Origin: Basidiobolus meristosporus CBS 931.73
Taxonomy: Eukaryota > Fungi > Basidiobolomycota
Reading direction: 5' to 3'
Length of the DNA: 53,538 bases
NCBI GenBank assembly: GCA_002104905.1
Contig: MCFE01000606.1
Span: forward strand, 1-53,538
A program made the translations under genes and the position numbers. Below the pieces are notes generated by a model. That model ran no database searches and was not told where the DNA came from. It was given only the letters and a program-made list of their open reading frames with translations. Below are positions 1-10,342 of the stretch, piece after piece (the first letter of the stretch is position 1; each line of letters begins with the position of its first letter).

Positions 1-1
1 T

Positions 2-1543
2 CCAGTTCATGAGAAGGAGATGCTTGCTATAATACACTGTTTGAAGACATGGAGATGCTATATTGAAGGAGTCAAATGCACTGTGAAGACTGATCATGCC
101 TCCCTCAAGTATATATTTACTCAGAAGGTACTCTCTAGAAGAATGACAAGATGGAGTGAATACATTCAGCAATTTGACCTGGAGATTGTCTACTGTCCTG
201 GAAAAAACAACACGGTTGCTGATGCCTTATCAAGATTAGATCAAGTTGCACAACTCAACTTGGTGCATGAATCAGATTGGCCTAGCCTATTACCAAAGTA
301 CTTGGAGGACCAAGCCATTCCTAATGAGGTGGATGAAGATATCAAGAAGATAATCCGTGATGAGGCCAGCAAATTTGTTGTACAGAATGAAACACTCTAC
401 CGAATTGTTGATGGAAGCCCTATTGCCTATTGTCCTTATGTTGCTCGCCTGGATTTAATACATAAGCTACACAATGGATATGGACATCTTGGGATTGAAG
501 GAACCTATAGCCTTGTAAAAGCCAGAGCATGGTGGCCCAGAATGAAACAAGACATTGAGAAGCTAGTAAAAACATGCCCAAACTGCCAAATCAATCAAGG
601 CCAGCCACAAAGAATTGCCGAACTCTTCCCTTTGGAGCCTGTAAGACCATTTGAGAGATGGGGAATTGACTTTATTGGAAGACTGCCAACTACCAGGAAA
701 TGCAACCGTTGGATCCTAGTAGCAATTGACCATGCCACTAAATGGCCAGTTGCTAAAGCTGTACCAATAGCCAGTGAACAAGAAGTTGCAAGTTTCATTT
801 ACCATGAGATCCTGATGAGGTTTGGATGCCCTGTGGAGATCTTATCCGATAGAGGTGCAAACTTTATGGCAAAGACATTAGAGGCTTACCTGGAAATGCA
901 GCAGATCAGACACTTGAAAACCTCGGCATATCACCCCAGAACTAATGGAGTCACTGAGCGGTTTAATGGATTATTTGGAAAAATGCTGACCAAGTATGCA
1001 AATGGAGTTGTCAGTAGATGGGATGAGTATATAGACCAAGCACTCTTTGCATGCAGAGTCAGAGTACACAACACCACCCAGCAATCACCATTTTACTTAG
1101 TTTATGGATGTGAACCAAGGATTCCAGGAGATCTCACACAACCAAAGCTTACAGACACCTTAGAAGATGAACTCAGTCAGCCAAGTAAACACCAGCAACT
1201 GGAACAAAGACGTCAAGAGGCACAGACCAAAGTATCTCAAAGTGCAGAAAAGATGAAGCAGAGATTTGATAAGACTATAGCACCAGAAGCATTGACAGTT
1301 GGGAACTTTGTATTGCTAAGAAACAACACTCGGAAGAAGTTTGAGCCACAATGGACAGGACCATTCAAGATCATCAGAGAATGTCCATTTGCAACTTACC
1401 AACTGGTGGACAAACAAGGCAATATCCGGGAAGACTTAGTGCATAGGGACAGACTCAAGCTTGCAAGACTTGCTGATAATACTGAACCATCAAGATATTG
1501 GTATCACAAGAAAAGAGATTCAGGAGAACCCTCTCAACTTTAG
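2..1543 (+). CDS. pol: Ty3/gypsy (G1 copy A) Pol C-terminus: RNase H tail plus integrase, 5'-truncated by the window edge
   Basis: Open frame with EKEMLAII..TDHASL (RNase H), LHNGYGHLG..CPNCQ (HHCC), WGIDFIG, SDRGANF, TNGVTERFN (DDE) and FEPQWTGPF (GPY/F-like). No chromodomain. Stop is followed directly by the PPT. Confidence 0.95.
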   Translation, partial: PVHEKEMLAIIHCLKTWRCYIEGVKCTVKTDHASLKYIFTQKVLSRRMTRWSEYIQQFDLEIVYCPGKNNTVADALSRLDQVAQLNLVHESDWPSLLPKYLEDQAIPNEVDEDIKKIIRDEASKFVVQNETLYRIVDGSPIAYCPYVARLDLIHKLHNGYGHLGIEGTYSLVKARAWWPRMKQDIEKLVKTCPNCQINQGQPQRIAELFPLEPVRPFERWGIDFIGRLPTTRKCNRWILVAIDHATKWPVAKAVPIASEQEVASFIYHEILMRFGCPVEILSDRGANFMAKTLEAYLEMQQIRHLKTSAYHPRTNGVTERFNGLFGKMLTKYANGVVSRWDEYIDQALFACRVRVHNTTQQSPFYLVYGCEPRIPGDLTQPKLTDTLEDELSQPSKHQQLEQRRQEAQTKVSQSAEKMKQRFDKTIAPEALTVGNFVLLRNNTRKKFEPQWTGPFKIIRECPFATYQLVDKQGNIREDLVHRDRLKLARLADNTEPSRYWYHKKRDSGEPSQL

Positions 1544-1553
1544 TAGGGGAGAA

Positions 1554-1921
1554 TGTTATGATCTGCCGCTTGAATGTTTAAGTTAGATCAGTTTTTAGTC
1601 AAATCAGTTAGTATATGTTTAGGTTATCAGTACATCAGTATTATCTATGAAATCAGTAGCATTAGTCAGCAAATGAATCAGCAGATCCTTATCAGACAGA
1701 AATAGATATATTAAGTAGGATCTTATTGGGGGATGATGATGCAATCAAATGAGTCATCAGCCACAACCTACATTAGGAAATACAATTAGTCAGCAATTGA
1801 TCTGGCAAAATGTATATAAGGAGCTGCTGGAACCTCAATAAAAATCAGTTCAAGTTTTAGTGAATACAATACTAGCTAAACTCCCTATTCCTCTACAACT
1901 CTTATACCAAGACTTGTAACA
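1554..1921 (+). repeat. G1 3' LTR (368 bp) of copy A
   Basis: TGTTATGA...TTGTAACA, preceded by PPT AGTAGGGGAGAA (1542-1553). Contains TATATAAG and AATAAA. Homologous to 6371-6555, 6556-10342 (reverse) and 29961-30329 (reverse). Confidence 0.93.
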
Positions 1922-4900
1922 ACTCCAGGTCCTTAGCCAGCAGCAACAAGGAATGACTCCCATGGCCCAAAGCCAGCAAAACCCTGTCAAGAGCAACTTT
2001 AGTGTGAAGGTCAACCAGTAACATGGTAGAGTCAATAAAAACCTGGGAACCTGGCTCTTTCAGATTGAAGAAGCTTTCAAGGCTAAGGGTATTGCTGCAG
2101 AAAGCAAGTTACATTATGCAGCCTCTTACCTAGCAGACACAGCTTTGCAGTGGTTGTTGCAATTTAAGAAGTGATTTGGATATAAGGAACTTATCAAGAA
2201 GTAGTGATAACAGTTGAACTGTTGTTTATTCATAAAGAAGCTCAGTATTTATACCTTTGTAGAAGTAATGCAGCTGTAACACTAAGTAGGGAGGGTTTCT
2301 CAATATTCTGGAGCATTCTGTGACAGGTTCAGGGTTAGTACATAATGTTTGGTAATAGTGCTAATTTGATCCTGACTATAGGGGAATAATCATAAGATCA
2401 TATATCTGGAGAAAGTGGCAGAGTTAAGGCAGTAAATGAGTCCTACAGTGACTAAGACTAGTCTAGAATTGTTAAGTAAATTTTTAGCTGCTGAATGATA
2501 CCAAATAGTCCAATATTTCAACAGTGGTACCACTACAAGATCAGGTCAGCCACCATGATGGGATGCCCTACAATCTCTACTTAAGATGAGTTTGTGACAG
2601 AAATTCAGGATGCTTTTGAGCCCCCACACCTACAGACACTACTAAGAAGAAAGTTGAAAACACTCAGACAGAAAGGGATGGCCCAAGAGTACATCTATAA
2701 ATATAGATGTCTACTTAGGCAAATTGAAAGAATGGACCCTCTGGATCAAGCCAAATACTTTATTGATGGGTTGAAAGAAAGAACTTGTAAGGAAGTGAAT
2801 TTTTGAAGACCTCAGACTATTGAAGAAGCCATCAAGATTGCCATTAACTATGACTCAGCTATGCTTGGAGTTGGGAAGCCTGCAATGACTAATTGGAGAG
2901 GCTACAATCACTATGAAAGAAGACAATGAGAAGCAGTGCCAACGGAAATAGATGCAATGCAGAAGAATCCTACCCTAGAAGAATGTAAAAAGAAAGGACA
3001 CTGCTTCAATTGCCACCAGCAGGGACATAGTGCAAAGTACTGCCCTCCAAGAACAAATGGACACAAGTCATCAAGAACCTGTAATCATATTGAGGCCATG
3101 GAGCATAGTCACATGGAGGATGAACTTGAAGAAGACTCAGAACTCACCTCCATATGACAAAAGTATACCTATCCCAGATGACCTCAAACTCAGGAAAGCT
3201 ATTATACTTGAGTGGAGTAAGCAATGAAGTACCTGCCAAGATCATGATTGACTTGGGAGCATTGCATGAGTACATGTCAGAGCAATTTGCGTTGGAAGCT
3301 GGAATCAACTCAGAACCCACCAAATCAACCTCAGTCTCAACAGCTGATGGGAACTCTCACATAATCAACCATATTACTCAGCCAGTAAGTATGAAGATCA
3401 ATGACTATGAAGAAGATCTACAGGCCTATATATTTAGGAACTGCAAGTTTGACCTTGTACTTGGGAAAACCTGGCTATTTTGTTGTAATCCAGCAATCAA
3501 CTGGAGAACCCATGCTACTCAGATCCAGAAGGAAAACAAGCCCTATGAGCTATTACCTGCCAGACTGGACTTTAACTTGGTCAATTCCAGTGTGTGTGAA
3601 ACAAGTGAACCTAGCAAGACACAGTTCTGTAGAGCACTAAGAAAAGGCACCCAGATGTTCCTCAGGGCAGTATTACAGGTGAATTACTCTACTCCAGTAT
3701 CCCAGAAGGCCCAGACTCTTTTGAAGAAACATTCAGACATATTTCCAGAAGAGCTTGTAAGCCTACCACCAGTCAGAGATGTGGATCATGACATTGAAAC
3801 AGGAGATAGCCCTCCAGTGAGTAAGACACCTTACAGAATGAGTCCATTGGAGTTGGAAGAGATGAAGAGACATATAGATCAGTTACTGGAGCAAGGATAT
3901 ATCAGACCCAGCAAGTCACATTGGGGAGCACCAGTACTTTTTGTGAAGAAGAATAATGGGAAATTTAGGATGTGCATTGACTATAGAGCCCTCAACTCAG
4001 TTACTGTTAAGAATAAGTACCCCATACCTTGGATTGATGAGCTCTTGGACCAACTCCATGGAGCCACTATTTTCAGCAAGATTGACCTCATGTTAGGATA
4101 CAACCAAATTAGGGTGAAGCCAGTACACATCCCTGAGGCAGCATTCAGGACCAGTTATGGACATTATGAGTACTTAATCTTGAGTATTGGCCTCACCAAT
4201 GCCCCTGCAACATTCATGACCCTACTGCAGACCATCTTCCAGGAGTACTTAGAGAAGTTTGTCATAATCTACCTAAATGATATATTGATATAGAGCAAGA
4301 CAGAAGAGGATCACTTGGTTCACATTGAAAAGGTCTTGAAGAAACTAAGAGAGAACAAGCTTTACAGCAAGCTACCCAAGTGTGAATTCTTCAAGGAACA
4401 AGTTGAAAATCTGGGACACATAGTGACTAGCACAGGAGTAACCTTGGACCCTAAGAAGTTTAAAGTTATCAAGAATCTGAAGCAGCCCCTTAGCATATCA
4501 GAGCTCAGATCACTCCTTGGAATGGTTTCCATTATGGGAGATTTGTCAAGTCCTTTGAAAGTATTGCAGCCTCTTTAACTGATGTCCTGAAGAAAGACAA
4601 TACCTACAAGTGGGATATAGCTTGTGAAACTGCCTTCCAGATGCTCAAAAATGAACTTGCTAAGCTGCAAAAATTAAGAAAACCTGAATTCAGAAAAGAG
4701 TTTACTCTGCGCACAGATGCCTCAGATTATGCAATTGGTGGAGTGTTGAGCCAAAAACACAAGGGAAAGGACTACCCTGTTGCCTTTGAGTTCAAGAAAC
4801 TGAACTCAGCAGAAAAAACTATCCAGTGCACAAGATGGAGATGCTTGCTATAATACACTGTTTGAAGACATGGAGATGCTATATTGATGGAGTCAAATGC

Positions 4901-6555
4901 ACTGTAAAGACAGATCATGCCTCCCTCAAGTTTATATTTACTCAGAAGGTACTCTCTAGAAGAATGACAAGATGGAGTGAATACATTCAGCAATTTGACT
5001 TGGAGATAGTCTACTGCCCTGGAAAAAACAACACAGTTGCTGATGCCTTATCAAGATCAGATCAAGTTGCACAACTCCACTTGGTGCATGAATCAGATTG
5101 GCCTAGCCTATTACCAAAGTACTTGGAGGACCAAGCCATTCCTAATGTGGTGGATGAAGATATCAAGAAGATAATCCAGGATGAAGCCAGCAAATATGTA
5201 GTACAGGATGAAACACTCTACAAAATTGTTGATGGAAGCCCTATTGCCTATTGCCCTTATGTTTCTTGCCTGGATTTAATACATAAGTTACACAATGGAT
5301 ATGGACATGTTGGAATTGAACGAACCTATATCCTTTTGAAAGCCAGAGCATGGTTGCCCAGAATGAAACATGACATTGAGAAGCTGGTGAAAACATGCTC
5401 AAATTGCCAAATCAATCAAGGACAACCACAAAGAGTTGCTGAACTCTTTCCCTTGGAGCCTGTAAGTCCATTTGAAAGATGGGGAATTGACTTTATTGGA
5501 AGACTGCCAACTACCAGAAAATGCAACCATTGGGTCCTAGTAGCAATTGACCATGTCACTAAATGGCCAGTGGCTATGGCTGTACCTATAGCCAGTGAAC
5601 AAGAAGTTGCAAGTTTCATCTACCATGCGATTCTTATGAGGTTTGGATGTCTTGTAGAGATTCTATCCAACTGAGGTGCAAACTTTATGGCAAAGACATT
5701 GGAAGCTTACCTGGAAATGCAGCAGATCAAACACATGAGAACCTTGGCATATCACCCAAAAACTAATGGAGTTACTGAATGGTTGAATGGATTATTTGAA
5801 AAAATGCTGACCAAGTATGCAAATGGAGTTGTCATTAGATGGGATGAGTATATAAACCAAGCACTCTTTGCATGCAGTGTCAGAGTACTCCACACCACCC
5901 AGCAATAGCCATTTTACTTAGTGTATGGATGTGAACCAAGGATTCTAGGAGATCTCACACAACCAAAGCTTACAGACATCTTAGAAGATAAACTCAGTCA
6001 GCCAAGTGGACACCAGCAACTAGAACAAAGACATCAAGAGGCACAGTCCAAAGTATCTCAAAGTGCAGAAAAGATGAAGCAGAGATTTGATAAGACTATA
6101 GCACCACAAGCATTGACAGTTGGAAATATGTATTGATAAGAAACAACACTTGTAAGAAGTTTGAGTCACAATGGACAGGACCAATCAAGATCATCAGAGA
6201 ATGTCTATTTGCAACTTACCAACTGGTGGACAAACAAGGCAATATCTGGGAAGACTTAGTGCATAGGGACAGGCTCAAGCTTGCAAGATTTGCTGAAAAT
6301 ACTGAACCATCAAGATATTGATATCACAAGAAAAGAGATTCAGGAGAACCCTCTCTTTAGCAGGGGAGAATGTTATGATCTGCCGCTTGAAGGCTTAAGT
6401 TAGATCAATTTTTAGTCAAATCAATTAGTTATATGTTAAGATTATCAGTATGTCAGTATTATCTAACAAATTAGTAGCATTAGTCAGCAAATGAATCAGC
6501 AGATCCTATCAGACAGAAATAGATACATCAGGTAGGATCTTATTTGGTGATGATG
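1922..6555 (+). mobile_element. Ty3/gypsy G1 copy B, decayed: gag-PR-RT-RH-IN plus the first half of its 3' LTR (6371-6555)
   Basis: Gag (WLFQIEEAF..ALQW, CFNCHQQGHSAKYC), protease (MIDLGA), RT ([26 protein letters not shown]), RH (TDASDYAIG) and IN near-identical to copy A but with stops and frameshifts. PPT CAGGGGAGAA at 6361-6370, LTR starts at 6371. Copy A is inserted in its gag. Confidence 0.92.
2155..2523 (-). repeat. Solo LTR of the copia family, inserted in G1-B gag
   Basis: TGTTGC...TCAACA, 369 bp, matching the LTRs at 32236 and 36549. Perfect 5-bp TSD GTGGT (2150-2154 / 2524-2528). Removing it restores gag ALQWYH, as in the copy at 24600-24660. Confidence 0.95.
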
Positions 6556-7552
6556 TGTTACAAGTGTTGGTATAAGAGTTGTAGAGGTATAGGGAGTTTA
6601 GCTAGCAGTGTATTCACTAAAACTTGAACTGAGCTTCATTGAGATTCCAGCAGCTCCTTATATACATTTTGCCAGATCAATTGCTGACTAATTGTATTTC
6701 CTAATGTAGGCTGTGGCTGATGACTCATTTGATTGCATCATCATCACCCAATAAGATCCTACCTAATATATCTATTTCTCTCCAAAAAGATCTGCTGATT
6801 TATTTACTAGACTTGTTCCATCGTACCGTGCCAGGGCGCACGGCGCAATCCGCGTTTGCAAAGAACAATAGGGCGCGATATAATAGCTACCAGAAGGCAG
6901 GATTGTTCTTGGACGATTTTGCACTATGCGGGACAATCTCGCACACTATGGCACAATCTGACACGATGAGGTTGGCACGGATGATTGCGCCAACTCGTAA
7001 TGCTTGCATCACGTGCGCGATCGGATACCGCTATAATGGCAGGTAAAATCCGGTATTTGGATATGTTTCTTTAATGTATATGGAAATAAATGTGTATCAC
7101 ACTATAAACTACACTGATACTTACCATTTTGGTTACCCTCACTCCAATTGGACGGTATCTCAGTGGTTAATTGGTCCAAAAGTATCCTGAAGCTGGCAGC
7201 CCCCAATTGGCTCATTGACTACTGAAAAAGCTACCTGATTCGCCATCAAATATCCCATTTTGCCCATTGAGCAAGTAAATCCCTGATCCTAGTGATTGGG
7301 CAAGGTGTCATAGCTAGCACGCAAGCGATTGTGTAGGTGCAAAACAGATCCAATAGCTGCACTGGTATTACAGATGACGTATATATATGCAGGGTGTTTA
7401 TTTATAGGGGTTCTGTCTCAAATGTGAGACGTCCTTGATATTACTTATATCAAAAATTTGATGATCACTGATTTGCGATGGCTCAATTCGGATCGCAAAA
7501 AAAAAAGGGTTGTCGGGATCATTACGAATGTGAGCAATTCAAAGCAATCACA

Positions 7553-8809
7553 TCATCTTCTCCTGGGTTTTTTTCTCACAGGGATTACTACTGAAGCATT
7601 TGGTAGTGACTCACTTTGCACACCTATACTACTTCCTGGCTGACTATCATCTTGGCTACTTGTGTATTTGTAGTCAGTATTTTGCCTCCTAGTTGATGAG
7701 TGCAATGCTGCAGCTTGGCTGCGCTGAATCGCTCCAACTGAACCAACTGAACAAACTGAACCGGCCTGTAGTGCCACGCGCTGACGCGTTCTTTTACTTG
7801 CCAAGGGCTCCGGTGGTTGAGTCACTTCATGTTGGTCATCATCAATCAGTTCACCAGAAGTAACTCGCTGATGGTCAGGCAAAACGGCACGCGCAGGCGC
7901 GCCTTGACGCGTTGAGATGGCCCTTGGCTGAGTTTGATGTGATGCCGCATGTTGACGCAACTTGGTCCGCTCCAATGGACTTGTGTGTAAATGAGTAGTT
8001 TGGCGAGTTCTGGTAGTTTTGCTCTGAAGCGTGCGCGTTGACCCAACGCGCGTTGACTTGACACGGGGCGTTCTGGTAAAGGGTGTTGGCGTGGTCTGGA
8101 CTGATGTGCGCCGGCGCGCTGTGGTTGCAAGAGATGGTAGGGAATCCAGCAAGGCGTGCTGGCGCAATCTGGACAATGTTGCTCACAGTCTGTATTCTTC
8201 CTCCTGAAGCTCACCATCTGATTCCTCAAGGTATTCACTTACCCTCTGTCTGATACTTTGGAGCTGTTGCCTGGATGAGTCCTGTGTATATTGCTCTCGG
8301 AAGCCACTTAGCTCTACTAATATATCACATAGTACATTAGTCATTTGAGGCAAAAACTCATTCAAAATCTCTTTGGTTCCCAAAGTTGAGGCACAAACGG
8401 ACGCGTCCGGCCCGTACTGTGTAAATTGCGCGCGAAATTGTTCCCGCACGGCTTCCTCGTCAAATCCCCTCACTCTCAGCTCATTCTTGATTTCAATACT
8501 TGTCTTGTTATATATCTTTTTACATACATCGGCTGGCATCTTGATGTAGAACTCATGCCACAGCTTTCTACTCAAATTCTTCCATCTTTGTCGACTCTCT
8601 GAGGTATCTAGTTCTGCTAGATTAATCAGTAGTGCCCAAATATCTGTATGAAGGCTCATCATAGACACTTGGGCCATACTAAAATCATTTGGCGAGAACT
8701 TGAACGGATCCAACATCGACTTTTCCGGTCCGGACCGCGCTTGTGAGCAGGGGGATGGGTTTTGTCTTGGTTGTACTAAAGATGAGTTGAGGCTTGGTAT
8801 GGGGACCAT
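7553..8809 (-). pseudogene. PHIS ORF2: Myb/SANT-trihelix-like DNA-binding protein, ~418 aa, one premature TGA at 8183-8185
   Basis: The 208-aa and 207-aa ORFs are in one frame. Motif RWKNLSRKLWHEFYIKMPADVCKKIYN resembles trihelix/MADF. S/T/R-rich tail ends in basic RKKPRRR (putative NLS). The domain call is by-eye inference. Confidence 0.75.
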
Positions 8810-9168
8810 AGCAACGGATTTGGATACTTATACAGCAGTATATTGGCATCAACCTGGTCTTATATGAAATATATATCAAAACTAAAGTGATTGATTAATT
8901 TTCCATATATTATGCATGATGCATCTCGGATTGCGTTGACACGGATCAGATCACATCAATCGCAGATTTCCTATTTGATTATAGACCTATGATTAAAGCA
9001 TCAATAAAAGTACCAAGGCATTGTTTGCGGATGATTTTTGCAACATAATGAAGGGATACATGGCAATTGATGGAGATTTAACCATAATGTGTTAAAAATC
9101 AGATAAATAATGCAGATTGCGCCAAATCAATTCAAACCGCCTCCATACGATCATCCATCAATTTTAAT

Positions 9169-10053
9169 ATGACTTACTCATCTGAATGGTCTTTTCTCAT
9201 CAATCCCATCACTACCACTGGATTTCCTTTTGACACACTGGAGGAGATCTATTCCAAGTACTGTGGACCATCAACCCCAATCTACTCAAGGAGATCCCTT
9301 GTTAAGCTTCTCTGCTATTACAAGAACTATTGCCCTACAAGGTTTCATCCCACCATCCATGGCAACAAAAGTCCTAGAAGCTTTCATTCCCAGCTGACAG
9401 CAATGGAGAACCACCTTGCAGAGGGTATGAATGACTTAGAGCAAGCTTGGAATACTAGGTTCAGAAGCTCCAATAGACTTCCATATCCCAGAGTGTTCAG
9501 CAACAGGTTCCATATCAGGAGTATTTTGGATACCTTCCCAGTGAGGATTAACAGACCTTCTAGAGGGCAGAGGCACTTTTATTCTGGCAAGTACAAGGCA
9601 CACTGTGTGAAGTTTCAAGCACTGTCTGACATTGAGGGTAACATCATCTGGTTCAGTGGGCCATTTGCTGGAAGTAGGCATGACAAAGCACTCTGGGTAG
9701 AGAATCATCCTGAATTCAGTAGAGGGGAGAAATGTATGGCAGACTTGGCCTATATAGGAGAGGATTGTCAGAGATTAGGATGTATTACAGCTTATAGGAA
9801 GCCAAGGAATGGTGTGCTTAGCAGGAAGCAGAAGCTCTACAATGAGATATTTAATCATTTCAGAGTAAGGGTAGAGCACACATTTGGATATCTGAAGAGA
9901 TTCAGCATATTGGCAGGTAAATACAGAGGAAAGTCATATATAGGAGAAAACAGCAGAATAGGTAAAATAGTTAAGATACTTATCAATGCACAGTATGTTC
10001 ATACAAGAAGGCATCCACTGAGAGAAATGTGTCTGGAGCATTATGAAGAGTAA
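9169..10053 (+). CDS. DDE transposase (DDE_Tnp_4/HARBI1-like), 294 aa, intact
   Basis: ILDTFPVRINRP (D), YSGKYKAHCVKFQALSDIEGNIIWFSGPFAGSRHD, MADLAY (D), YNEIFNHFRVRVEHTFGYLKRF (E). Confidence 0.93.
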   Translation: MTYSSEWSFLINPITTTGFPFDTLEEIYSKYCGPSTPIYSRRSLVKLLCYYKNYCPTRFHPTIHGNKSPRSFHSQLTAMENHLAEGMNDLEQAWNTRFRSSNRLPYPRVFSNRFHIRSILDTFPVRINRPSRGQRHFYSGKYKAHCVKFQALSDIEGNIIWFSGPFAGSRHDKALWVENHPEFSRGEKCMADLAYIGEDCQRLGCITAYRKPRNGVLSRKQKLYNEIFNHFRVRVEHTFGYLKRFSILAGKYRGKSYIGENSRIGKIVKILINAQYVHTRRHPLREMCLEHYEE

Positions 10054-10342
10054 ATAAAGCAAGGAAAGCACTATTCTGAGCAACATAAGTAAGATTGAGT
10101 AAAATTACCAGTAACTGTATCATACCACTGGCATCATGGTAGAAATTATTGTGCCAGATAGTGCCGTAGAGTGTCAGATTGATCCGGCACTATAAACCGG
10201 CTGGCACTATGTGGCACTATCCAACGGAACAAGTCTACTGACTAATGCTACTAATTTGATAGATAATACTGATATACTGATAACCTAAACATATAACTAA
10301 TTGATTTGACTAAAAACTGATCTAACTTAAACCTTTAAGCGG

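Larger units (their letters stand above)
6809..10236 (+). mobile_element. Two-ORF PIF/Harbinger-like (PHIS) DNA transposon, copy 1 (3428 bp)
   Basis: 11-bp TIR AGACTTGTTCC / GGAACAAGTCT and 3-bp TSD ACT (6806-6808 / 10237-10239). Divergent transposase and ORF2. Inverted near-identical copy at 14942-18344. Confidence 0.93.
6556..10342 (-). repeat. G1 LTR in reverse orientation inserted into the G1-B 3' LTR; split into 6556-6808 and 10237-10342 by the PHIS transposon
   Basis: Begins TGTTACAAG (reverse complement of the LTR 3' end) and aligns with the intact reverse LTR at 29961-30329. The last ~12 nt are missing after the element X insertion at 10343. Confidence 0.9.

Noticed and set aside
3121-3200. 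Programmed frameshift at the G1 gag/pol junction
   Set aside because: Pol is offset from gag in copy B, but I see no slippery heptamer or stem. The copy has many random lesions, and the other copy has this region deleted.
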